A DNA stretch of 64,000 nt from Desulfobacteraceae bacterium. GTDB lineage: Bacteria > Desulfobacterota > Desulfobacteria > Desulfobacterales > Desulfococcaceae. Of this stretch, positions 27,601-35,863 are shown in pieces (the stretch's first letter is position 1; the number at the start of each line of letters is the position of its first letter). The stretch covers positions 14,534 to 78,533 of the forward strand of contig JAABRU010000007.1 in the NCBI GenBank assembly GCA_011390755.1. Direction: 5' to 3'. A model generated the notes under the pieces. The model was not told where the DNA came from. It searched no databases and was given only the letters and a program-made list of their open reading frames with translations. The position numbers were made by a program, and so were the translations under genes.

Positions 27601-30162
27601 GTCCGCAAAAAGTTCCTTACGGTCTTTGAGTTGCCGCACGGTATCTTCCCGGATGGTCTTGAGCCGGGACTGGATGTCATCGGCCTTGACCGTATCATCC
27701 AAAGCCAGGAGCTGCTCCACAATATCCCGGATTTTGGAAATCATGAGATCCGAGGCAAAATACGCGTTAATGGCAGAAATTTCTTCCATTCCGGCCACCC
27801 GGCTGCGGATGCCTTTGAGAATTCGTTCGGCCGCGCTCATAAGCGCGGTGGCCCTTTTGTTGCGGGCTTCGGTCAGGCTCAGTTTGCGGGATTCAAAGGC
27901 ATTGTAAATCTCATCCCGTTTCTCCGAAAGTTCCACAATAAACTCGTCAAAATCCGCAAACCGCCCTTCCAGTTCCTCCACCCCCACCATGAGTTTTGTC
28001 AGGTATTCATCGCATTTGTCCGGGGTGTCGCAAAGGTCGAGATAATTGACCACGCTCTGGTTGAGCAGTTTGACCTGTGCCCTGAACTGGGCCACACCTT
28101 CGGTGCTTTGCAGGCTTTTCTTTTTGTTCTTCAGATTGGCCCGCACCTGGTTGAGTTGGGAATAAATATCGGAGATACTGTCAATAATGCGCGTGGTCTG
28201 GGTGGAATCCTCAATATGAAGATTGCTTACAATTTCAATGAGCATCTCCAGTTCATCCGAGGCCCCGCCCACCTCCGTCTCCAGTTCCTGTGCCTCAGTC
28301 ACTTTGCTCAGGGAATCAATCCTGGCCCCGGCTTCCGCTACCCGCTTCTCATAGGGAATGAGGGATTCGGCTTGTAAGAGGAATTCCACGCAGAGGGAGG
28401 AAACCCGGTCGGCATTTTCCGCCACTTCCGCGTCCAGGCCTTCCACCGTGTCCGTATCCACATAACGGAGGTCTTTGAGGGAAATAATCTCCCCCCGAAC
28501 GGTACGCAGCCCGGCCAGCCCTTTGACAAATCCGTCAATATGGTCAAGAGATTCGGGGCTGAGATTATCCAGAATCTCCTTTGTCCGGGCCTTTACCCGT
28601 GCGACTTCCTCGTCTGTATTTTTTTTCAGGCGCACAACCTTTTCAAATTCCTCAATGGCTCCGGCCGCGGCATCTTTGATCTGCAGCACGGTTTCCTTCA
28701 GGTGGAAGGCTTCGGGCTTGTCCAGCCAGAAATAGGCATCGGCAATGCCCGCGGCTTTCTTCATCAGGTCCACATAAAGGGTGGCGTAAAGTTCTTCCCG
28801 GTGCATGAGTTTGAGCATTTCATTGCATTCGGCCATGCAGCGCACAATATTGGGATTGCCCACCTTGTAAAGAAAGGCATCGCTTTTTTCGGAAAACGCG
28901 TATTCCGGGCCCACAAAAGGGGTCTGCCAGATGCGGATGGCGTGATGTTTCACCGGTTCCTCCGCGGCACGGAAAAAGATCATCTCCCCGTTTTCAAAAT
29001 GGGAATAACCGTTGCAGGGAATGGGGTTTTCCACCTTCTGCTCAATGAGGTTATAGGAAAGAAGCACATAATCCCCGCTTTCCATATTATAGAAAATATA
29101 GAGAAAATCCTCTCCGTTGGGGGCCACCATGCGGTGTTCAAAGCGCATGTCTTTCACGCCCAGGTCAAAGCGTTTCAGTTCCCCGCTCTGCAGATAGTAT
29201 CCGTTGGCAAACATCAGGCCCTGGTCATCGGGCAGCAGCACACAGGCATGTTCAATCTCATCCACCCGCACCACGCTTTCGGTTTTTCCGTTAAAAATAT
29301 AATAGCGGAAAAGATTTTCCATATAAGGTTTTATTTTCACCAGAATCAGATGCCCCAGCACCGCATAGCGGATTTCCGCATCATCCAAAGTCTGGTCCGG
29401 ATTATCCACCGGTTCCGCATAAATCCCCTGCCCGCTTTCGGTATTGTCTTCCACCTTAAAGGTGATATCCCCGCCCACAGCCTCCACAAATACCCGGTCT
29501 TCCAGAGAAATATGGGGATGCTTTCCGGTGCGGTGCATCTCCCGTGTGCAGCGTTTCCATTCAAATTCATGCTGGGGCGGATGTTTCACCTCATGATCGC
29601 TGCGGTTGTCCAGATAAGTAAGGCCCCCCTCTTCCATCAGCCATTTGAATGCCTTGATGTCCCTTTCGGCCTTTCCCACCCGGAAAATCATATAAAGATG
29701 CGGGCCGGTAACGGTGAATTTGGCAAACTGCGCCTGCTTATAGTATTTATAGAGGTTTTTCAGATCCGTCTCAAACTGCCCCGAATTCAGCACTGCCCAG
29801 TCCAGCTTGCGGAAACTGTGCTCCTCATAGGCATACACGGAAAAAACATCGGAAAGATCAATCTCGGATTTCAGCCCCAGATGGACATTATAACCGAAGA
29901 TGAACTGCTTTCCGTTAACAGGAACCATATCCCGCGGGATGCAGTTATGCTGCGTGCTGATCCGTTCCGTGGCCAGCAGGGTCTGCTCAATGGCCCCGAA
30001 TATTTCTTTACGGGAGGTGTTGAGCTGATCCAGTCGGGAGCGGAGCTCCTTACCATGCGTAAGCAGGCGGTTGCGGATGATTTCATAGGTTCCGCCTTCC
30101 AGTACGGTTTCATCGCTTTTGACTTCATTGGTATTTTCAGGGGACGGGGACTGCTGAGACAT
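24619..30162 (-). CDS. giant AAA+ ATPase (1847 aa) with beta-rich N-terminal region, long helical/coiled-coil region and C-terminal TPR
   Basis: Start at ATG 30162 has an AAAGGAGG RBS. Walker A LLLISPPGYGKTTL is at ~26263-26290, and Walker B VMIYLDDIQH at ~26068-26095. This is a MoxR/dynein-like AAA core around aa 1300-1480. The C-terminus YYKRGLAWYNKNEMTRALCDFKNALDLEPKN is a TPR. The antisense ORFs listed in the track are spurious. Confidence 0.9.
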   Translation of the reverse strand: MSQQSPSPENTNEVKSDETVLEGGTYEIIRNRLLTHGKELRSRLDQLNTSRKEIFGAIEQTLLATERISTQHNCIPRDMVPVNGKQFIFGYNVHLGLKSEIDLSDVFSVYAYEEHSFRKLDWAVLNSGQFETDLKNLYKYYKQAQFAKFTVTGPHLYMIFRVGKAERDIKAFKWLMEEGGLTYLDNRSDHEVKHPPQHEFEWKRCTREMHRTGKHPHISLEDRVFVEAVGGDITFKVEDNTESGQGIYAEPVDNPDQTLDDAEIRYAVLGHLILVKIKPYMENLFRYYIFNGKTESVVRVDEIEHACVLLPDDQGLMFANGYYLQSGELKRFDLGVKDMRFEHRMVAPNGEDFLYIFYNMESGDYVLLSYNLIEQKVENPIPCNGYSHFENGEMIFFRAAEEPVKHHAIRIWQTPFVGPEYAFSEKSDAFLYKVGNPNIVRCMAECNEMLKLMHREELYATLYVDLMKKAAGIADAYFWLDKPEAFHLKETVLQIKDAAAGAIEEFEKVVRLKKNTDEEVARVKARTKEILDNLSPESLDHIDGFVKGLAGLRTVRGEIISLKDLRYVDTDTVEGLDAEVAENADRVSSLCVEFLLQAESLIPYEKRVAEAGARIDSLSKVTEAQELETEVGGASDELEMLIEIVSNLHIEDSTQTTRIIDSISDIYSQLNQVRANLKNKKKSLQSTEGVAQFRAQVKLLNQSVVNYLDLCDTPDKCDEYLTKLMVGVEELEGRFADFDEFIVELSEKRDEIYNAFESRKLSLTEARNKRATALMSAAERILKGIRSRVAGMEEISAINAYFASDLMISKIRDIVEQLLALDDTVKADDIQSRLKTIREDTVRQLKDRKELFADGQNIIRFGKHQFTVNVQPLDLTVILRDGKQMFHLTGTNFFEALEDAEFLQTDSVWDMEVPSENRQVYRGEYLAFQMLKEVEGKNAEEVQQIQNYSDKEIKDYVQKFMGHRYSEGYSKGIHDHDGAKIFREILHIHTAAGLLRFHPRSRALARLFWQIYFQGEGPAEKKQILADKLAGFGLMHELFPGEEKQDRYIAELDRLLCDFCGETGLFPGDAVAESARYLFEELIRPDRISGEECFVISREAWEIAEGLIRQLKTSRFGERFKEAREKLSTVPAGEYELVRDWVMAYIATLNRPELADYTDEAAVLIFSRSGQKRDVIEVSVVTEISGLVGDHPLLQEGKYLLNYIRFMEKLRKYEKETLPLFLRYGELKKTLTDRMREDLRLEEFRPRILSSFVRNKLINQVYLPLIGDNLAKQIGTAGEGKRTDLMGLLLLISPPGYGKTTLMEYIANRLGIIFMKINGPAIGHLVTSLDPAEAPNASAREEVLKLNLALEMGDNVMIYLDDIQHCNPELLQKFISLCDAQRKIEGVYKGKSRTYDLRGKKVVVCMAGNPFTESGEKFRIPDMLANRADTYNLGDIIGDTGDVFKMSYLENSLTSNAVLNRLSSRSQQDVYGIIRIAESGSREGVEFEGNLSAEEVSEMVSVMEKMITVREIILKMNLQYIHSAAQADEYRTEPAFKLQGSYRNMNRIAEKIMPIMNAEELKTLILSQYEQDAQTLTTGAEANLLKFKELTGWLSADEAQRWEDIKKTFRKNQMLRGMDDSDPIVQVVGQLSAFYDGLEGIRGVLDASLKQAGKQVGMTKVSFAEETMQQMEKLMQTLQSVLSAASKEESGPLLPPKMEVVSRMPDGFLEVITGQMNIMNAWLDPMFKSSRQQSAVIKKLYEEIRNLQSVYREIMNAKQEGGWQDIEKYDVTLKANPKDHKTYYKRGLAWYNKNEMTRALCDFKNALDLEPKNKKYQRIVAHLEAEMTTDKGDADTGVSVRENAIPL

Positions 30163-30309
30163 GAAAAGCCTCCTTTGATGTTTGCGGTGTTTTTTCCGGA
30201 ATGCAATAATCCACACTGTCCCCGTTTTCTTACAAATCCCCTCCCTTGAGGGAGGGGCAGGGGGAGGGTGATGGGATGAAAGAGAAAGTTTGCATCAGAA
30301 CAGCGATCT

Positions 30310-30376
30310 GAAAAAACACTTTACAGACTCGAAAGAAAAATTTCAAGAAGTTCGGAGGATATTTATGTTTAGGGGA
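30310..30376. repeat. cassette-boundary repeat, copy a
   Basis: AACACTTTACAGACTCGAAAGAAAAATTTCAAGAAGTTCGGAGGATATTTATGTTTAGGGGA. Related copies are at 31114-31170 and 31815-31862. Confidence 0.75.
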
Positions 30377-30690
30377 GAAAGTACCTCATTGGTATTTCGC
30401 TGCAATCTTTTTCTCACCCAGGCGGGATTCCGGCGGCAGTCCGTGACTGCGTAAATCCGTATTTCATTTTCTTCCATACGGTAATAAATGGCAAAGGGGA
30501 ATTTTTTTGAAAGAAAACGGTAATATTTACCGAAATGAATACTGTGAATTCCGGCAGACAGTTTCAGGGATTCGATATCCGCGGAGATTGTTTCCAGAAA
30601 ATGTTTTCCCACCCCTTTTTCCTGAAATTCGTAAAAAGAAAATCCCTCTTTCAAATCCTCTTTGGCGGATTCAAGTATTCTGATTTTCAC
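30343..30690 (-). CDS. parE: type II toxin, RelE/ParE family
   Basis: VKIRILESAKEDLKEGFSFYEFQEKGVGKHFLETISADIESL...FPFAIYYRMEENEIRIYAVTDCRRNP. The GTG start overlaps the antitoxin stop (GTGA). Confidence 0.8.
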   Translation of the reverse strand: MKIRILESAKEDLKEGFSFYEFQEKGVGKHFLETISADIESLKLSAGIHSIHFGKYYRFLSKKFPFAIYYRMEENEIRIYAVTDCRRNPAWVRKRLQRNTNEVLSPLNINILRTS

Positions 30691-30893
30691 GAAACAGAAT
30701 CCCATATATCTTTTTTGGCCTGTTCCCAGTCAACAAACCTGTCTCTGCCTTCTCTTACGTTCTTCTCTCTTTCTTTTAAAATATCCCCATGCCAGCCCGG
30801 AGATGATAAATCCGGTACATTCCGGCAGATATCATCCCACAGCAGTTCCATAGTTTTCAGTTTCTCTCCTGTAGTCATTTCTTTTATATTCAT
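30687..30893 (-). CDS. putative addiction-module antitoxin component
   Basis: MNIKEMTTGEKLKTMELLWDDICRNVPDLSSPGWHGDILKEREKNVREGRDRFVDWEQAKKDI is a typical short antitoxin of ParE-like toxins. Confidence 0.7.
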   Translation of the reverse strand: MNIKEMTTGEKLKTMELLWDDICRNVPDLSSPGWHGDILKEREKNVREGRDRFVDWEQAKKDIWDSVS

Positions 30894-30970
30894 ATTCTTT
30901 TCCTTGATTTTTATTCAGAAAAAATAAACGTTTATACAGAATGTTATCTGCTGCACATGAAAGAGCGGAA

Positions 30971-31072
30971 GGATTTATCCTCTTTGCCCGTCCACCCGGA
31001 GGATTCGCTCCGGACAGGCAGGGATTTGTCCTCTTTGCCCATCCACCCGGAGGATTCGCTCCGGACAGGCAG
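30971..31072. repeat. 51-bp tandem duplication (2 units)
   Basis: GGATTTRTCCTCTTTGCCCRTCCACCCGGAGGATTCGCTCCGGACAGGCAG x2. Each unit contains the hairpin CCGGA-GGATTCGC-TCCGG. Confidence 0.9.
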
Positions 31073-31113
31073 AGTTTTTGATTATTTCTGCCATACCATC
31101 AGGAGAAAGTCAA

Positions 31114-31170
31114 TTGCAGACCTGGGAGAAAAATTTCAGGAAGTTCGGGGGATATTTATGTTTATGGGGA
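31114..31170. repeat. cassette-boundary repeat, copy b
   Basis: TTGCAGACCTGGGAGAAAAATTTCAGGAAGTTCGGGGGATATTTATGTTTATGGGGA. Confidence 0.7.
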
Positions 31171-31175
31171 AGAAT

Positions 31176-31391
31176 TCAGGCCGCAACCGGTACCAGGCGG
31201 TATATTTTTGCCAATCCGGCAGCCGCACTGATATTACCTGTACGGAGCGCATTTCGCACATCATCCAGTTTCAGGGCATCTTCAGGTCCCAAACAGGGGG
31301 ACCAGCCCTTTTCATAATAAATGAGGTCAACCTCGACTTCGGCAGCATACTGCCCTTCATGAATATATTTGACATGACGTTTCCGTTTCAT
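31176..31391 (-). CDS. small protein, putative antitoxin partner of the DUF4258 protein
   Basis: 71 aa; 4-nt overlap (ATGA) with the upstream DUF4258 gene; [49 protein letters not shown]... Confidence 0.5.
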   Translation of the reverse strand: MKRKRHVKYIHEGQYAAEVEVDLIYYEKGWSPCLGPEDALKLDDVRNALRTGNISAAAGLAKIYRLVPVAA

Positions 31392-31711
31392 CGTTTCCTC
31401 CTCATGAAATCATCCGACCATTTTCCCGGATCAGGTCTGTAGGCCGTAACCAGTACAGCAGGAGAGGATAAATTCCGTGGAATCCCCCAGAGGATATGAA
31501 CCGGATGATTTTCCGAATCCCGCTGCAATACAAGCACACATGGTCCTTTGTGATAATCAGGATATTCTTCCAGAACCAGCGCATTACCGGCACCTTCCAA
31601 CATATCCCGGACAGATAAATTATCTGCAGCCATTTCATCATAACCGTGTTCCGAAATATTCACTTCCAGACGTGCAATCAGTTTCTTTATGTTTTCAAAT
31701 ATCCGGCTCAT
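31388..31711 (-). CDS. DUF4258 domain protein (putative toxin)
   Basis: ...[61 protein letters not shown]...[13 protein letters not shown] is a DUF4258-like pattern. Confidence 0.65.
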   Translation of the reverse strand: MSRIFENIKKLIARLEVNISEHGYDEMAADNLSVRDMLEGAGNALVLEEYPDYHKGPCVLVLQRDSENHPVHILWGIPRNLSSPAVLVTAYRPDPGKWSDDFMRRKR

Positions 31712-31814
31712 TCCGGTAAACCTGTCTCCACTTTCGCTTCTTTATCCTGATTTTTCTCAGACCGAACCGTCAGATACAATCAGCATAATTATTTTACTTC
31801 AAAACAGCAACCTG

Positions 31815-31862
31815 AAGAAACACTTTACAGACTCGAAAGAAAAATTTCAAGAAATTCGGAGC
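31815..31862. repeat. cassette-boundary repeat, copy c
   Basis: GAAGAAACACTTTACAGACTCGAAAGAAAAATTTCAAGAAATTCGGAG. Confidence 0.7.
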
Positions 31863-31877
31863 GGAGTGTGGGAATAA

Positions 31878-32458
31878 TTGACTTTCAGACATTATGCAGA
31901 TATGAATCACACAGAAGATATATTTGAGAAATCCGTAAACAATCCCCATAATGCGGCCTTTCATGCGGCTTTTCAGAAAAAAGAGGTAACGAGTGCCATG
32001 TCATGCTGCACCTGTTCAAACATATGTCCGATGAGGATATGTACGGGCATCTGCTGCGGATAATGAAAATCATTTCGGAAATCTCAGAGCGGAAAACCAT
32101 GCTGGAAATCCTGGAACCGGCACTCCGATATACATACCACGCCAGGAATGAGGATGAGAAAACAGTCAGAAAATACATTGAGGAAGGAATTGAATATTTT
32201 GATGATATCAAAGCAGGGGAGGTGGCCATGACGGTTGCGGATAGACTGGAAAAAAAAGGAGAAATCAGAGGAAGGTCTGTTCTGATACAAAAACAGCTTA
32301 ACAAAAAATTTGGCCTTATTTCATCTGTGCTTGAACGGAAACTGCAGGATTCCCGTTTGGATATTCTGGATAAATTCGGGGAAAGTATTTTTGATTTCAA
32401 CAATCTGAAGGATGCGGAAAAATGGTGGGATGATTTTGAGAAGAAGGGGAATGCGTGA
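31878..32458 (+). pseudogene. Rpn/YhgA-like recombination-promoting nuclease remnant (internal deletion)
   Basis: N-terminal signature ...SVNNPHNAAFHAAFQKKEVT jumps, in another frame, to the C-terminal helical region (...MTVADRLEKKGEIRGRS...LNKKFG...). The PD-(D/E)xK core is missing. A second copy of the N-terminal motif lies at ~37020-37075. Confidence 0.5.
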
Positions 32459-32490
32459 GGAGGCAGAGTCACGGAAAATATTTTATGGGA

Positions 32491-33026
32491 TTAGATATCA
32501 AACCTTTTTTTGAAAAATTCATCAATCATTTCGGATAAAATATTGTCCGTCCCGTTTTTCTGACAGTTGGATAATTTATTCATTATATTATCATATTCCT
32601 GAACAAATGTTTCAGGATTGTCAGGTATCTCATTTATAATTTCTGCGAGTTCAGGATTAAACCGGGCATAATCACACAAAGATTTAATCATCTGAATTCT
32701 GTCTTTCAGTTCTTCCGGGCTGATCTGATTGAATTTCATAATCTGTTCCTTTCTGTATTCTTTTTCTGATTCGGCAGGTGTGAATTCCATATGCGGATAT
32801 TTTTCCGTAAATCCGTGTTGCTGTCGTTCAGGGATGCCTGATGGGTGGTATGATGCTTGAGTTGCAACAGTTCGGCAGGTGCGCCATTCTGCTGAAAATC
32901 AATATCATCAAGACCTTCTATCCTGATTTCTGTATCTTCGGTTTTATTTAAAATGAGATACAGGGCATAGATGGCTTGGTAGAGGTAGCCGAGGGCTTGG
33001 GATGAGGCGGAGAATTGGGAGTTCAA
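32491..33026 (-). pseudogene. DUF4297/Cap4-type PD-(D/E)xK nuclease N-terminal fragment, frameshifted
   Basis: MNSQFSASSQALGYLYQAIYALYLIL...EIRIEGLDDIDF...LLQLKHH shows the GYxYQ...E..D...QxK pattern. The frame breaks after ...KNIRIW near 32790 and continues as a 99-aa ORF. Confidence 0.45.
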
Positions 33027-34327
33027 TTTTTATCATCTCCTTTTGTTCATGTCCAACTGCTGAATCGGGATTCCGTAATTGTTCACGAATATCTCTTGTT
33101 TCCGAAAAGCAGGGAATGATGTTCAGTTCACTTGCCAGCCTTTTCACTTACAACATTTTCCCTCATTATTTCTTCCACATCTTTCCATCTTCTTTTATAT
33201 CCGGTTTCTTCAATCAGTTTTCGGGCTGCGTCCAGATGCTTTTCTGCCTGCCTGGCTTTACCTTCCGCAAAGCATAGACGACAGGCTTCCAGGTGGTAAT
33301 CGGTGAGGTAGAGTTTCATTCCGCCGTATTCTGCGATTTCACAGGCTTCATTCAGATCAGTTCGGGCTTTATCAAAATTTCCACTGATCCTGTTCAATTC
33401 AGCTCTGGCAAAAAGACCGATGGGCAAATCTTCCTGATATCCGGATTTCCGTTGTAAAACAATTGCAGTTTCAAGATGTTCTGATATTTTTGAAAAATCG
33501 GATACATCTGATTGGATATTTTTATGCAATAATGCACGTCCCATTGAAACATGAGACAAAGCCAATCCTGCCAGACTATAGAATAATTCAGGAGAGTTTG
33601 CATATAATTTTAAAGACCATTCGGTTCGGATAATAATATCTTCATATAAACCGAAATCCATCAGCAAATCACATATCCTGTATCCGGGGCCGGAGTATAA
33701 AAAAGTGCGTTCAGGGTTCTGCTTTTTCAGATCGGATTCTAACTGTAAAAAATATTTTTTTGCTTCAGACCTGTATCCGAAAGCATGAAGAATAGCTGCC
33801 AATGCTGAACTGGCAGTTCCTATCCAAAACCAGTCTTTCGTTTTTTGAGCGTATTCCAGACTGTTACGGGCATAATTATCAGCGGTTATCAAATCTGCAA
33901 GCAATAAATGGAGAATGCTTAAGTTGGTAGCCGCCTGCGTCATTTCTGCCCAATTTTCCTGCTTTGTATATTCTTTTAAAGAAAGATCAAGCAGTATTTT
34001 CCCTTCTTGCAATCGCCCTGTTGCACGGAGACAGTAACCGGAACGGTTCATAACAAATATTTTCTTTTCATCCGGAAGTTCTGCAACAGGAACACTCCAA
34101 ATATCAGAAAAAAAATGGGATAATGCTGTCAAATCTGCACCAAAGGCTCCAAGTCTGTAAATTGAATACCCCTGCTCTTTTCTTCTGATCCTCTCCCAAT
34201 AAACATAATCCAAAGCCTCTTCATATTGACCCGCCATGCACCCGTGCCTCACAGCCATATACAAAGGCTCCATTTCTTCCAAAGTATCCGGCAGTTCTTT
34301 TTCCGGCAGTTTTTTGAAATAACCATA

Positions 34328-34521
34328 CTGAACTTGTGCAGGCAAAATCTTATGATTGAACAAAAAATACAATATTATCATGCTGTTGAATCTTTAAAAG
34401 TTTCCAAATTTACAAATCTTTAACATATCCAAAATTAATCATTTGGATAAATATAGACATAATATATTATTGTTTCAGGTAGTTAAAATGATTAAACCGC
34501 AAAATAGCTGCGCAAGTTCAG
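34328..34521. mobile_element. MITE-Y, copy 2 (inside the STAND gene)
   Basis: TIRs CTGAACTTGTGCAGG / CTGCGCAAGTTCAG. Perfect 7-bp TSD AACCATA at 34321-34327 and 34522-34528. Confidence 0.9.
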
Positions 34522-35653
34522 AACCATACAATCGGGAGTGGGCTTTTTTCCATGCTTCGTTTTGTTCCCTTTTCAGTTTTTCACTGAAATGTTCCCGGAT
34601 CAGCGGATGGCAGTCCAATGAGTTTTTTTCACAGGCATCTTCTTGTAAAATCAGTCGCAGTTCCCTTAAATCTCTGAGCGCATAGCCCCAATCCGCATCG
34701 GAAATTCCCTGCAAATCTTCTGTCAGTCCTTCAATGACCGGTTCTGCCAGTACGGCTTTTATTGCATCTTTATCGGCGGGACGGTCAAAGAGTCCCATAA
34801 TCCGCAGAATTGCCAACTGTCTTTGCCCTTTTTTGCTTTCTTTCAGCCATTTTTCATAGGATTCCATTACCCGTCGGGCATGTTTTCCGTGATAATCATC
34901 TTCATAGGCCAGTCTTTCAATCTTGTCCCGCTTTCGGATATCTCCCCTGTAAACATTTTTCAGATATGTTCCCAGCAGGGTAAGGGCCAGTGCATGACCG
35001 TCAAATTCTTTTACTGCTGTAAGCAATTCCTTTTTCGGACCGCTTACACCCAGATGCACCAGCAGTTTCATTCCGGCTTCTTCCGACAGATGTTCCAGAA
35101 CCTGCTCTTTGACAGAGGAACGGATATAGGTTTTCAGATCATCCACTTTCAGACGGGTGGTGATTACGCACAGTCCCGGATTCTGAACAGCCAGATTCCG
35201 AAGCAGGGTACGCAGACCCTCATCTTTGACTTTTCCTTCCTGCGGTCCGGGCGGATGCTGTACCGGTTCCAGGCCGTCCAGCACAATCAGACTTTTCTGC
35301 TTCTTTATCAAATCTGCCAGTCTGCGCCCTTTTTCTGTAGGAAATCCTTCATCCGGATTGGGATCGCCAAAACATTTCAGAGCGTCCGCCAGAAAGCGGT
35401 CTGCGGAGGCCTGTCTGCCCTCTGCTGCTCCCTGACTGTAAAAAGACCAGGCATAGACCATCTCTGCGTCCCGAAAATTTTCTTTTGCCATATGATTGTG
35501 CAGCCAGGCATTCACCAGCGAAGTTTTACCCACACCGCCCAATGCAATAAAGACAAGGATTCCGGTTTCCGGATTTTCCCAAGCTTCATCCAAAAGAGAC
35601 AGTTCTTCCTCCCTGCCAAAGAGGTCAGGGGAAGTTACGGGCATAGAATCAAG

Positions 35654-35863
35654 CTGAACTTGTGCAGGCAAAATCTTATGATTGAACAAAAAACACAATA
35701 TTATCAAACTGTTAAATCTTAAAAAGATTCCTAATCTACAAATTTTTAACATACTGAAATTACAGCATGTCAAAAAATAATTATTTGGGAAAATATTGAC
35801 ATAATATATTATTATTTTAAGCGTTTAAAATGATAGAACCGCAAAACAGCTGCACAAGTTCAG
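35654..35863. mobile_element. MITE-Y, copy 3 (inside the STAND gene)
   Basis: TIRs CTGAACTTGTGCAGG / CTGCACAAGTTCAG. Perfect 7-bp TSD AATCAAG at 35647-35653 and 35864-35870. Confidence 0.9.

Noticed and set aside
25363-30249. Several long plus-strand ORFs (230-569 aa) within the 1847-aa gene.
   Set aside because: All are antisense shadows of one continuous, motif-bearing minus-strand ORF.
30163-30345. sigma54-like TGG...TTGCA string (GTGTGGATTATTGCAT) upstream of the 1847-aa gene.
   Set aside because: The GG-to-GC spacing is 7 nt instead of 11.
30310-31878. Integron cassette array with attC sites.
   Set aside because: The boundary repeats lack the R''/L''-L'/R' inverted symmetry and the RYYYAAC/GTTRRRY cores. 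No intI or attI is in the window.
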